Source of the DNA: an uncultured Acidobacteriota bacterium
Lineage (GTDB): Bacteria > Acidobacteriota > Thermoanaerobaculia > Gp7-AA8
NCBI GenBank assembly: GCA_963758195.1
Contig: CAVWUH010000002.1
Coordinates: forward strand, 4,427,958-4,491,957
Reading direction: 5' to 3'
DNA length: 64,000 nt
In this document: positions 8,452 to 18,109 of the stretch, piece after piece
Numbering within the stretch: position 1 is the stretch's first letter
Layout of the letters: each line of letters begins with the position of its first letter
Position numbers and translations under genes: made by a program
The notes under the pieces: generated by a model
Database searches by the model: none
What the model saw: the letters and a program-made list of their open reading frames with translations, nothing else
Told to the model about the DNA's origin: nothing

Positions 8452-9825
8452 GTGAAACTCTGCAGGCTGCTCGCAGTTTTGTTGCTCGTCTTTCCCGCGG
8501 ATGCAACGGTGGTGGATCCCGGCCCACGTGGCGGAGCTCCCGCTGCGGGAGGGGCGGTGGAATCCGTCAACGCGGACGAACCGGCCACGATCCTCGATTT
8601 CTGGACCACGGGCCGCGAGCGTTTCCAGGAGGTCGACGCCGTGGCCGACGGTCTCGGTCCGCGCTACAACGCGCTGAGTTGCGCGAGCTGTCACGCGCAT
8701 CCCGAAGTCGGCGGCAGTAGTCCGAGTGTGAATCCGCAGGTCGCCGCTGCGACCGCGAACGGCGCGACCAACACGGTTCCCTCGTTCATCACCAGCAGCG
8801 GCCCGGTGCGCGAAGCGCGCTTCATCTACTTCACGGATGGAAGCGGCAATCCGATCACCACCGAGCCGAACGGAGGAGTCATGCCTCTCTACACGATCGC
8901 CGGCCGCAGCGATGCGAGTACCTGCACGACGACGTACATCCAGCAGCCGGATTTCGCGTCGGCCGTGACGAACGACAACATCAGTTTCCGCATCCCCACG
9001 CCGCTCTTCGGCCTGGGACTGGTCGAGAACATTGACGACTCTTTACTGCAGGTCGTGTTGGAGCAGCACTACACCGGACCGTACTACGTCGGCGGCACGT
9101 TCAACCGCAGCCCGAACGATGGCACGATCAGCCGCTTCGGATGGAAGGCGCAGAACAAGTCGCTGGAGCTCTTCTCCGGCGAGGCCTACAACGTGGAGCA
9201 GGGCGTGACGAACGAGCTGTTCACGCAGGAACGCCCATCGCCGGAAGAGAATCGCGATCGGGGACCGGGCCTCGCGACGCAGTGCCGGCTCAATGCGACT
9301 CCCGAAGACCACACGAACTTCTTTGTCGCTCGGGAGGAGACGCCGAGCGACGCGGTGTCGTTCGCGCTCTTCATGCGCCTGCTCGCGGCGCCCGTGGAGG
9401 ATCCGGGGACTCCCGTCACGAATCCGAACTACAGCCGCGTTCTCAGCGGCGAGACGGTCTTCATCGACATCGGCTGCAACTCCTGCCATCACACCAGCTT
9501 CACCACCGAGCCGTCGGACATCACGGCCGACCTGGGCAGCACGGGCGCGAGGCTGTTCAGCGATCTGGAGATCCACCACATGGGCGGCGGCCTGAAAGAC
9601 ATGATCGTGCAGGGAAACGCGGGCGATGACCAGTTCCGCACCGCGCCGCTCTGGGGTCTCGGCCAGCGGTTGTTCTTCCTCCATGACGGCCGCGCCACGA
9701 CGCTGATGGATGCCATCACCGCCCATCAGTCGACCGGCTCCGATGCGAACCCGGTCATCCTCAACTACAACGCGTTATCAGACACCTCGAAGCAGGACCT
9801 CATCTACTACCTCCGATCCCTGTAG
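8452..9825 (+). CDS. di-haem oxidoreductase, DUF1111 family
   Basis: GTG start with AGGAGG upstream, a signal peptide, and two CXXCH motifs (CASCH, CNSCH). The overall pattern is typical of DUF1111 putative peroxidases. Confidence 0.8.
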   Translation: MKLCRLLAVLLLVFPADATVVDPGPRGGAPAAGGAVESVNADEPATILDFWTTGRERFQEVDAVADGLGPRYNALSCASCHAHPEVGGSSPSVNPQVAAATANGATNTVPSFITSSGPVREARFIYFTDGSGNPITTEPNGGVMPLYTIAGRSDASTCTTTYIQQPDFASAVTNDNISFRIPTPLFGLGLVENIDDSLLQVVLEQHYTGPYYVGGTFNRSPNDGTISRFGWKAQNKSLELFSGEAYNVEQGVTNELFTQERPSPEENRDRGPGLATQCRLNATPEDHTNFFVAREETPSDAVSFALFMRLLAAPVEDPGTPVTNPNYSRVLSGETVFIDIGCNSCHHTSFTTEPSDITADLGSTGARLFSDLEIHHMGGGLKDMIVQGNAGDDQFRTAPLWGLGQRLFFLHDGRATTLMDAITAHQSTGSDANPVILNYNALSDTSKQDLIYYLRSL

Positions 9826-9837
9826 GAGACCACGCCA

Positions 9838-10716
9838 ATGCCGCTGCTCATCGTGATGCTGTTGCTGTCGGCAGTAAACGCCGTGCCGAAGAACCAGATC
9901 CTTACGAGAGGAGCGGCGCCGAGTGCGAGCGACGCATCGACGCCCGTCCCGGAGACGGGACGCATCGCCGGCGGTCAGTATCGCAATCCCTATTTCGGTC
10001 TCACGTATCCGATTCCCGCCGGCTGGACTGAACAGCCGGCGGGACCTCCTCCATCCGATGCCGGCGGCTATGTCCTGACGCAGTTCGCGTCGCTGGAGGG
10101 CGAGCGCGTGAAGGCGCACGTGCTCGTCACGGCGCAGGATCTCTTCTTCATCCCATTCGCCGCGGCGACCGCGAAAGACGTCGCGGCGAAGACGCGGAGC
10201 ATGGTTCTGCAGCGGTATGAGCTCGAGAACGGGCCCGACGAGGTGACGATCGCCGGCCGTACGTTCTACCGTCTCGCGTACAAAGCCTCGCCGGCTTCAG
10301 GCCTGCACTGGCGGATGTTCACCACCGAGGCGAGATGCCACGCGTTGACGTTCACGTTCACGGGGACAGACACCAAACTGCTCGACGCGGCGGAGAAAGC
10401 GCTGCGCGAAGTACGCTTGAGCGGCGACTGGCCGGCGTGTGTCAACGATTACGGGCGCGAGAACGTCCTGGCGAAGACAACGCCGGATTTCTCGCAGCGC
10501 TACAACACGATCCCGGTGCGGCTGATCATCGACGCCGCCGGGAAGGTCCGGCACATCCACGTGCTCAGCGCGTTTCCCGAACAGTCGCAGCCGATCCTGA
10601 CCGCGCTGCGCGAATGGCGCTTCAAGCCGTATGTGGTCGGCGGGAAGGTCGACGGGAAGGCGGTCGAAGTGGAGACCGGACTGGTGTTCGGCCTGCGGCA
10701 GCTCGTCGTACGATGA
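9838..10716 (+). CDS. hypothetical exported protein with TonB C-terminal-like domain
   Basis: The C-terminus IPVRLIIDAAGKVRHIHVLSAFPEQSQPILTALREWRFKPYVVGGK..VETGLVF matches the TonB_C pattern. Confidence 0.6.
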   Translation: MPLLIVMLLLSAVNAVPKNQILTRGAAPSASDASTPVPETGRIAGGQYRNPYFGLTYPIPAGWTEQPAGPPPSDAGGYVLTQFASLEGERVKAHVLVTAQDLFFIPFAAATAKDVAAKTRSMVLQRYELENGPDEVTIAGRTFYRLAYKASPASGLHWRMFTTEARCHALTFTFTGTDTKLLDAAEKALREVRLSGDWPACVNDYGRENVLAKTTPDFSQRYNTIPVRLIIDAAGKVRHIHVLSAFPEQSQPILTALREWRFKPYVVGGKVDGKAVEVETGLVFGLRQLVVR

Positions 10717-10899
10717 CCCGTGGGACGGTTGCGACGAGGAAACTGATCGCGACGTTGCGCACCAACCGCGGCCGGCGCAGCGGAAAACGATTCGCGAGCG
10801 CGGCGACGAGCGCAAATCCTCGAAACACCCCTCCATCTCGCCATCAAAAACGCCAAGTCTTGACACCTACTCCTCGCGCGACGACCATACGCGCCGTCC

Positions 10900-11937
10900 G
10901 TGCTCAACACCTTTCGCAGGATTGCTCTCGGCATCGCCGTCGTCGCCGTTGCGTCGGCCATTCTTCTCCTTTCCGACCTCCAGCATCGCGAGCGTGCTGC
11001 GCGCCGTGCGCTGGCGAAGAAGCAGACCTGGAAGATCTACTTCGTCCAGTACAACGACGTGATCGACGTGAAGGATGCGGAGAGCGGGGTGCTCGAGGGG
11101 CTTCGCGAATCGGGTCTCGAGAATGGGCGTGACTTCGAGATCAAGATCCTCAACGCGCAAGGGGACATGGCCACGGTGTCGGCGCTGATCGACGCGGCCG
11201 TCACCGGCGGCGCGGACCTGCTGATCACCTTCTCGACGCCGACGCTGCAGGCGGCGCTGCGGCGCGCGCAGAACGTTCCCGTCGTCTTCAACTACGTCGC
11301 GTCGGGGCTGAAAGCCGGCGCGGGGAAGAGCAATACCGACCATGCGCCGAACGTCACCGGCGTCAGTCTCACGCCCGCGAACGACGAAGCGCTGGCGCTC
11401 GTGCGGACCTACTTCCCCTCCATCCACAAGCTCGGCTCGCTCTACTGTCCCGCCGAGACGAACATGGTCAACTACAAGATCTCGCTCGACGCAGCGGCGA
11501 AGCGCGCCGGCTTCGAGATCGTCTACGTCCCCGCGGAGACGGCGACGGACGTGCCCGACGCCGCGGCGGCGCTGATGTCGCGCGACATCGATGCCGTGCT
11601 GCAGATCCCCGGAAATCTCACCGCGTCCGCATTCGGCAGTATCAGCGAGTCCGCGCGTCGCGCTCACGTGCCGGTGTTCGCGTTTCAGAAATCGCAGGCC
11701 ATCGGCGGTGCGATGGTCGTCGTCGCCCGCGACTACCACGACAGCGGCCGTCATGCCGCGCATCTCGCCGCGCGGATCATCCGCGGCGAGAATCCGAAGA
11801 AGATTCCGCTCGAGGATTTCGCCAAGACGAGCCTGATCGTGAATCTCGATGCCGCGCGCGCTCTCGACATCACCCTCGCTCCGCCGCTCGTGCGGTCCGC
11901 GAAGGAAGTCATCGGGGACTCCAATGGAAATCGTTAA
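10900..11937 (+). CDS. ABC transporter substrate-binding protein (ABC_sub_bind / COG2984 type)
   Basis: 345-aa ORF with an N-terminal membrane anchor. The periplasmic-binding-fold pattern is ..DLLITFSTPTLQAAL..VPVVFNYV.. Confidence 0.8.
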   Translation: MLNTFRRIALGIAVVAVASAILLLSDLQHRERAARRALAKKQTWKIYFVQYNDVIDVKDAESGVLEGLRESGLENGRDFEIKILNAQGDMATVSALIDAAVTGGADLLITFSTPTLQAALRRAQNVPVVFNYVASGLKAGAGKSNTDHAPNVTGVSLTPANDEALALVRTYFPSIHKLGSLYCPAETNMVNYKISLDAAAKRAGFEIVYVPAETATDVPDAAAALMSRDIDAVLQIPGNLTASAFGSISESARRAHVPVFAFQKSQAIGGAMVVVARDYHDSGRHAAHLAARIIRGENPKKIPLEDFAKTSLIVNLDAARALDITLAPPLVRSAKEVIGDSNGNR

Positions 11938-13198
11938 GGAGCGCGCGGGCGGCATCGTTCACCTCCGGCTCTTCGGCCGGTTGGACAACCACTGGTCGCA
12001 GTCGCTCGATGAAGCGCTGCACGACGTCGCGCGCGAAGGTGCGCGTCACGTGCGGCTCGATTTCACCGGTGTGACCTATCTCAGCTCCGCCGGTGCCGCC
12101 GTTCTGCTCAAGCACTATCGCGATGCGACGGCCCTTCAGGGCTCGCTCCAGATTTCCGCGGCCTCGGAGCGTGCACGCAGCACGCTCCGCGCGATGGGGT
12201 TCGTCGAGTTGCTCATCGCCGGCGCCAGCAGCGACCCGACGCGGCGAAAGACGATGTCGATTCCGCTGCCGCTCGAATCGGAGCGCGCGACGTTCGAGAG
12301 CCGCGAGCTCGACGGAAGAAAGTCCGAGTACTCCCTGGTCGGCGATCCGAATCTGCGGGCACAGCCCACTCCCGTCTCCATCTACCGGGACGTGTTTGCG
12401 CTCGGGGTCGGAGCGCTCGGCGCGAATCCTGAGGAGGCTCGCGGCCTCTCCGGCGAATTCGTCGGCGCGGCCGGCGGCGCCGCGTTCATGCCGACAGACG
12501 GCACGCCCACCGCCGACTACATGCTCAGCGCCGTGGGACTCGTTCCGACGGTTCAGGCGCTGTACGCGATCACCTTTCGCGGCTCGCCCGGTTACCAGTT
12601 GCGCTTCGAGGCAAATACGCCCGACGCGGGCGTTCCGCTGAGCGAGATCGTGCGCGCGGCGGCTTCGCTGGCCGGGACCCCGACGGTCGGAATCGTGATG
12701 GCCGCGGACATCACAGGTCTCGTCTGCGCCCGACTGCGTCGCGCGCCCGCGCCGGGCGATCCGGTGCAATTCGATTTTCCGGCCGTGCGCGAATGGTTGT
12801 CGTTCACGCCGGAGCGGGAGTTCGCGCGTTTCAGTGCTCTCGTCGTCGGTCTCGCATCCGCAGCACCCTCCGCGTCGCTGGCGCCATTCCTCCGGCCGAT
12901 CGATGACGAATACCTGGGACACTTCCACGCCGTGGTGACCGCGTTCCGCTCGCTCCCCCGAGGAAAACTGGCGGTGGGGGACATCGTGTCGGCGTGGCTT
13001 CAGCCGCGCAGCGTGATCTCCGTCGTGCATCTCCTGCGCGACGCGAGACCGCGCGACGCGAGTCGCCTCGTCAGCGAAGGGGCGGGGGAGAGCGAGTTCC
13101 AACGCGGCGCGTGCTGGGTCTTTCCGATCGCCGAGCGACGCGAGTCGCCTTTGGATGAGCGGCGCGAGTCGCCTGAAGATGACGGAGGTCCCGCGTGA
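11924..13198 (+). CDS. STAS-domain protein with about 300-aa unknown C-terminal region
   Basis: Start ATG 11924 inside ORF 11849... The N-terminus GIVHLRLFGRLDNHWSQSLDEAL..VRLDFTGVTYLSSAGAAVLLKH is SpoIIAA/STAS-like. The stop overlaps the next start (GTGA). Confidence 0.65.
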   Translation: MEIVKERAGGIVHLRLFGRLDNHWSQSLDEALHDVAREGARHVRLDFTGVTYLSSAGAAVLLKHYRDATALQGSLQISAASERARSTLRAMGFVELLIAGASSDPTRRKTMSIPLPLESERATFESRELDGRKSEYSLVGDPNLRAQPTPVSIYRDVFALGVGALGANPEEARGLSGEFVGAAGGAAFMPTDGTPTADYMLSAVGLVPTVQALYAITFRGSPGYQLRFEANTPDAGVPLSEIVRAAASLAGTPTVGIVMAADITGLVCARLRRAPAPGDPVQFDFPAVREWLSFTPEREFARFSALVVGLASAAPSASLAPFLRPIDDEYLGHFHAVVTAFRSLPRGKLAVGDIVSAWLQPRSVISVVHLLRDARPRDASRLVSEGAGESEFQRGACWVFPIAERRESPLDERRESPEDDGGPA

Positions 13199-14136
13199 CC
13201 CTGCTCATCTCCGCCTGGACGATCGGTTTGATTTTGTCGCTGCTCGCCCTCGGCGTCTACATCAGCTACCGCGTGTTCAAGTTCGCCGACATCACGGCCG
13301 ACGGCTCGATCACCTTCGGCGCGGCGGTGGCGGCCTCGATGCTCACGCGCGGCGTGCATCCCGTGACCGCCAGCGTCGCCGCGTTTCTCGCCGGTTGTGT
13401 CGCCGGGCTCTGCACCGGCGTTCTGCATACGCGCTTCAAGATCAATCAATTGCTGTCCGGCATCCTGGTGATGACCGCGCTCTATTCGATCAATCTTCAC
13501 GTCATGGGATCGAGCAACGTTCCGCTGCTCGCGGTCACGACGCTCACCACCTACGCGCAGAACCTCGGCCGCTGGCTGACCGGCCACGACTCGGCGACGC
13601 TCCTCGGCTGGCCGGTGAGCGCGCGCGATTTCGGATCGCTGCTTCTGCTGTTCGCGATCGTTCTCGTCATCACGCTCCTGGCCTGGCTCTTCTTCCGGAC
13701 AAACCTCGGCAGCGCCATGCGCGCTTCAGGCGACAACGAGCAGATGATCCGCGCCCTCGGCGTCAGCGTCGAGAACATGATCGTCCTCGGCCTCTGCATC
13801 TCCAACGGACTCGTGGCCTTCGCCGGCGCTCTCCTCGCGCAGTATCAGGGATTCGCCGACGTGCAGATGGGAATCGGCATGATCGTCTGGGGACTGGCCA
13901 GCGTCATCATCGGCCGCGCCCTCGTCGGAACGGGCAGTCACGGGACGGACAGCGTCGGTGCCGCGCTGATCGGAACGATCATGGGCTCGGTCCTTTTTCG
14001 ATTGATCATCGCCCTCGCGCTGCGATGGGGGCTGAATCCGAATGACCTCAAGCTCGTGACGGCGATCTTCGTTTTCGGCGCGCTCGTGCTGCCGACGCTC
14101 ATGCAGAAAGTGAAACGACATGCTGCAGCTTCGTGA
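13195..14136 (+). CDS. ABC transporter permease (COG4120 type)
   Basis: GTG start with GGAGG upstream; multi-TM protein with a BPD_transp_2-like sequence. Confidence 0.85.
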   Translation: MTLLISAWTIGLILSLLALGVYISYRVFKFADITADGSITFGAAVAASMLTRGVHPVTASVAAFLAGCVAGLCTGVLHTRFKINQLLSGILVMTALYSINLHVMGSSNVPLLAVTTLTTYAQNLGRWLTGHDSATLLGWPVSARDFGSLLLLFAIVLVITLLAWLFFRTNLGSAMRASGDNEQMIRALGVSVENMIVLGLCISNGLVAFAGALLAQYQGFADVQMGIGMIVWGLASVIIGRALVGTGSHGTDSVGAALIGTIMGSVLFRLIIALALRWGLNPNDLKLVTAIFVFGALVLPTLMQKVKRHAAAS

Positions 14137-14932
14137 TTTGCAGAAAACATTCTTCGAGGGCACGCCCAACGAAGTGCGTGCCTTGCGAAGCGTGTCGCTG
14201 CAGATCGAGGAAGGTTCGTTCGTCACGGTCATCGGCACGAACGGCTCGGGGAAATCGACGCTGCTGAATGCGGTCGCCGGCACTTTCCTGGTCGATCGCG
14301 GCGCGATCGAGATCGCCGGCCAAAACGTCACGCGCTGGCCCGAGCATCGGCGCGCATCGATGATCGGCCGCGTGTTTCAGAATCCGTTCAGCGGCACCGC
14401 GCCGACGATGACCGTCGCCGAAAATCTCGCACTCGCCGCACGACGCGGCCTCTCGCGCGGACTCGGCCGCCTCCTTCCGGCGCGGATTCACAACGAGCTG
14501 CGCGACCGCGTCGCCACGCTGAACATGCAGCTCGAGACGCGCATGCACAATCCGATCGGGACCCTCTCCGGCGGCCAGCGCCAGGCCCTCACGCTGCTGA
14601 TGGCGACATGGCGACGTCCCGACCTTCTCCTGCTCGACGAGCACACCGCCGCACTCGATCCGAAGAGCGCCGATCAAATCGTGCGCCTCACCGAGCGCAT
14701 CGTGTCGGAGCACCGCCTGACCACGCTGATGGTCACGCACTCGATGCAACAAGCCGCCACGCTCGGCGACCGCATCGTGATGATGAATCACGGCAGCATC
14801 CACGCCGACTACGCCGGCGCCCACCGCCGCCACATCCGCGCCGAAGACCTCATCCGCCGCTTCGACGAGATCCGCCGCGACGAGCGCCTCGACGTTTCCG
14901 CCGCGGAGTTGCTGCGGGACGCGTACGTGTGA
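14120..14932 (+). CDS. ABC transporter ATP-binding protein (COG1101 type)
   Basis: Walker A GTNGSGKST, signature LSGGQRQ, Walker B LLLLDEHTAALD. Confidence 0.9.
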   Translation: MLQLRDLQKTFFEGTPNEVRALRSVSLQIEEGSFVTVIGTNGSGKSTLLNAVAGTFLVDRGAIEIAGQNVTRWPEHRRASMIGRVFQNPFSGTAPTMTVAENLALAARRGLSRGLGRLLPARIHNELRDRVATLNMQLETRMHNPIGTLSGGQRQALTLLMATWRRPDLLLLDEHTAALDPKSADQIVRLTERIVSEHRLTTLMVTHSMQQAATLGDRIVMMNHGSIHADYAGAHRRHIRAEDLIRRFDEIRRDERLDVSAAELLRDAYV

Positions 14933-14980
14933 CGCCGGATTGCGCGACCCCTCACCCTGCTGGGCACCTGATCAACTGGT

Positions 14981-15048
14981 CATCGGTTGGCAGTGATCGG
15001 TTCTCTGTGAGGTGTCGCGCCGAAGCCCAGACAACTGACAACCGAATG
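14981..15048. repeat. oligomer-armed hairpin (GTTGTC/GACAAC units)
   Basis: catcggttggcagtgatcggttctctg ... cagacaactgacaaccgaatg. It is related to 59408-59479 in the opposite orientation and starts 3 nt after the stop of the 662-aa gene. Confidence 0.75.
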
Positions 15049-15050
15049 CC

Positions 15051-17039
15051 TCAATGCGTCGCTCCTTCAGACTCGCGAAATCTGCGAATCGAGCTTCCGT
15101 GCTGTTTGATCCAGGCGAGCTCGTCGGACGTGAACTCGTCTCGATGTTCTAGCTCATCGAACACGGCGACGAGGCGAGCGATCTGGTCGGTGGACATTCG
15201 GGCGCGATTCACGACGAAGTCCGCCCAGGCAAAGGCTTCGATGATGTAGGGCGAGACTGCCACTCGTTCATTCGACTCGATCTCCGGCCTCAGGCGGTGC
15301 AGATGGCCTCGCACGGTGGACGTCGTCGCCGCGTCCAGGCTCTCGTTCTTTCCGATGAGAAAGTCGAGAAGGTTCGCGGATGCCTGGAGGCGCAGGTCCG
15401 CGCGCGTCGACGGATCGTTGATGACGGCGGTAGTCAGATCGATCGCCAAGGCCAGGGGAGGAGCGGTTTCGGAATGGGCGTGTTCGCGCCAGTAAAAAAT
15501 CTGCACGGCTCGTTCCACACGATAGCGAGGGTCGTCAGCCGGGCCGATGTCGGCAGCGCGCTCGGCGGTCGCTTCATCGAGGAGGCGCATGCTCTCCTGG
15601 AAGCGGGGCTGAGAGTGCGCGAGTTTTCGGTTTGTGACGGCGAGGAAGTACTTTGCCTCGTACTTGCGATCCGTGTTCGCCGTTAACGCCAGCCGGCAGA
15701 AACGTTCCGCTGAATACCACTGTCCGACGACGCCCATCAGGTAGGCGAGCAAGAGATGGATTTCGTAGGTGGCGTTTTTGAACAGCTCGGTCTTGACGAA
15801 CGTGGTGAACTGGTCCCACGCCGGCATCGGCTTGTCTTCCGGAAACAGCAACTCGAGGGACGTGAGGTCGGGGGAGAAGAACTCGATCTGAAACGGCACG
15901 GACGCATAGCGGCAGGAGATCGTCGTCCGGCCGTCACTCCTCGTGGCGCGGACGCTGTTTTCGCGCAGGCCCTTCCGTACCGACTGCTCTTTGATCAGGA
16001 ATGCGTGTAACCAGAGGCTCTTCTCGGTCTTGTCGAGGAGCTTCCGCCGTCTGGCTTCCACGCGATCGCGGATTGCTTCGCTGTTCTGGGTCGCGTCGAA
16101 AAAGCGCTGGAATCGAACCATGTCCTCCGACACTTCATGACTGATGAGCGGGTTCCATTGAGAAGAAACGGCGAGACGGGACAGGGATCGCCAGGTTTCA
16201 CTCAGTTGTTCGATCTCCGACTCCATCTCCTGGCGGCTCTCGTCGTTGTTCTCTCCCGATCCATCGTCGAGCACGAGCTCGATCGATTTGGCGATCTTCT
16301 CGGCTTGCCGTGCGAGCTCTTCGGTCGACGTCGCCGGTAGATGGCGAATGGCCGCGAACGCGCGCGGATGGCGAAGAATGGGCCACAGCTCCTGCCAGCG
16401 TTCCTTCTCCGCCTCTTCCGCGTGAACCTCGAACATGCTTTGGGCCCGAGTGATCAGACAGACTCGCTGATTGGTCGCTTTGAGTCGCTTGTTGGTTGCG
16501 TTGAGCAGCGCGATCGCGGATGCATCGAGGATCGCGCCGCGCCGGCGTTCGCGCCGTCGCTTCTCCGGTAATTTCTGAAGCCAATAGTCGTAGGTACGTT
16601 GATCGACCGTGATGGGAAGGTCGGTCGCATATTCGAAGTCGACGGTGTGACCAAGCTCCAGCAGCTCGGTCAATCGTGTCACCGGGGGCTCCGAAGTCGC
16701 GCGTAAGAACCAGTTGAGCGTGCTGGCCTTCGTTTCCAGATAGGTCACGATCTCACTGATGACTTCAGGCGAGAGATCCGATCCCGAGGCGACGAGATCG
16801 GCGAGGGCCAGGAATCGCGGCGAGCTGGCAATCTCTTCCGCCTCGGCGGAGATCATCTCGCGTTCTCGCTCGATCCGCTGCGCATCCTCCAGCGTGCTGG
16901 CCTGAACCGCGCCAATGAGCTTGCCGAATTCGAGCTGATGGCGGCAGCAGCAAGAGACGCATGTCCGTGAAAGCCGCGAGGTTTCCGAACAGCAGCTAGC
17001 GCATGGTCTGTTGCTCGTTCGCGAACGCCACACGGTCAT
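15051..17039 (-). CDS. hypothetical protein, Cys-rich N-terminus and TPR-like C-terminal half
   Basis: 662-aa ORF. High GC3 persists upstream of the alternative start at 16856, so ATG 17039 is preferred. No family recognised. Confidence 0.6.
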   Translation of the reverse strand: MTVWRSRTSNRPCASCCSETSRLSRTCVSCCCRHQLEFGKLIGAVQASTLEDAQRIEREREMISAEAEEIASSPRFLALADLVASGSDLSPEVISEIVTYLETKASTLNWFLRATSEPPVTRLTELLELGHTVDFEYATDLPITVDQRTYDYWLQKLPEKRRRERRRGAILDASAIALLNATNKRLKATNQRVCLITRAQSMFEVHAEEAEKERWQELWPILRHPRAFAAIRHLPATSTEELARQAEKIAKSIELVLDDGSGENNDESRQEMESEIEQLSETWRSLSRLAVSSQWNPLISHEVSEDMVRFQRFFDATQNSEAIRDRVEARRRKLLDKTEKSLWLHAFLIKEQSVRKGLRENSVRATRSDGRTTISCRYASVPFQIEFFSPDLTSLELLFPEDKPMPAWDQFTTFVKTELFKNATYEIHLLLAYLMGVVGQWYSAERFCRLALTANTDRKYEAKYFLAVTNRKLAHSQPRFQESMRLLDEATAERAADIGPADDPRYRVERAVQIFYWREHAHSETAPPLALAIDLTTAVINDPSTRADLRLQASANLLDFLIGKNESLDAATTSTVRGHLHRLRPEIESNERVAVSPYIIEAFAWADFVVNRARMSTDQIARLVAVFDELEHRDEFTSDELAWIKQHGSSIRRFRESEGATH

Positions 17040-17217
17040 CTTCGTCCGCCGTGCGAAAAGCCTTGCCCATGGCCGGCTCGAGGAACGAGTGGATTTCGGC
17101 GGAATCGATGGGGGGCCACGTCCTCGACTCGCCGCGGGTGCGCGCCTTCAGGTCATCGACGAGCGGGCGGATGTCGTGTAAGAGACGAATCCATTCCTTT
17201 CGGTTCGTGATGCTCAC
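16996..17217 (-). CDS. hypothetical protein (73 aa)
   Basis: GTG 17217 forms a GTGA overlap with the stop of the preceding gene. Confidence 0.5.
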   Translation of the reverse strand: MSITNRKEWIRLLHDIRPLVDDLKARTRGESRTWPPIDSAEIHSFLEPAMGKAFRTADEDDRVAFANEQQTMR

Positions 17218-17522
17218 GCGACGACCTTGCCTTTCTTCCTCAGTTTGCTCATCCAGGAGTCGCGGTCATGAGCGAGGCGGCGGTTGGTGACCCGGAAGAC
17301 ACAAGCGAGGCGCTCTCCGAGTGGAAATTCGAGCGGGAAGTGCAGGGCACTCCCAAGAATTGCCAGCACGATTTCGCCATCGTCCGTTGGTTCAATTCTT
17401 CCGGGACTTTCCGGATATCCGGCCAGGGCTCCCATGACTCGCTCGAATACAGGAAGATCGAAGGGATCGAGATCTTCGACGATCCGCGTCACGCCCACGC
17501 CGCGGATGATCTCGCGAATCAC
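17214..17522 (-). CDS. hypothetical protein (102 aa)
   Basis: This is the C-terminal part of track ORF 17214..17900. GTG 17522 forms a GTGA overlap with the stop of the 196-aa gene. The upstream part of the track ORF overlaps that gene and is discarded. Confidence 0.45.
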   Translation of the reverse strand: MIREIIRGVGVTRIVEDLDPFDLPVFERVMGALAGYPESPGRIEPTDDGEIVLAILGSALHFPLEFPLGERLACVFRVTNRRLAHDRDSWMSKLRKKGKVVA

Positions 17523-18109
17523 ACCGTCGATGTCGTAGGCATCGCGAGAGGTTCGTTGATTTCCCAGAAAAACATCAGATACCGGCGATAGTCGTCGGGT
17601 TTGCAGTTGCAAAGACCAGTCGTGAGGACCGCGGCATAGCGTGGCTGAAACCGGGGGTCGAAGAGCCAGCGGTCGAAGGCCAGACGAACCGAGGGCATGG
17701 GCGCGAAGCCGGCGATGACGCGCACCATGGTCTCGATGACATTCTTCAAGTCTTCGCTGGTCTTTGCCCACGATTGAAAACCGCGAAGACGTCCGGAGTC
17801 GATCAGGCGCACCAGCACGGGCACCACTTCGGAAGCACGGACGTACGCCGCGGCCAGAGCGAGTTGCCGCAGACCATCCAAGCCATGGGCCAGCGTCCAA
17901 TCGTGGATTGCGGATGTGATGCCGCTCTTGATCAATTCGCGATGGGCGGGGTCCGCTCGAAACAGAGTGCGCAGATCCAGCGATAGCGGCAACAAACCGT
18001 CGAACTTGAACGGTGATGTTGCATCCGGATCGATCTCCTGGAGCAGAGCGGAAGCCAGTGTTTCGGTGGAAGAGTTGGCGATGAACCGAAGGTTCTCGTC
18101 CCGATTCAT
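17519..18109 (-). CDS. hypothetical protein (196 aa, helical)
   Basis: ATG 18109 forms an ATGA overlap with the upstream stop. Confidence 0.6.
   Translation of the reverse strand: MNRDENLRFIANSSTETLASALLQEIDPDATSPFKFDGLLPLSLDLRTLFRADPAHRELIKSGITSAIHDWTLAHGLDGLRQLALAAAYVRASEVVPVLVRLIDSGRLRGFQSWAKTSEDLKNVIETMVRVIAGFAPMPSVRLAFDRWLFDPRFQPRYAAVLTTGLCNCKPDDYRRYLMFFWEINEPLAMPTTSTV

Noticed and set aside
10860-10888. Promoter TTGACA-17 nt-GACCAT just upstream of the binding-protein GTG at 10900
   Set aside because: The -35 is perfect, but the -10 matches only 3 of 6 positions, and the arrangement would imply a nearly leaderless mRNA. It is too weak to report as a feature.
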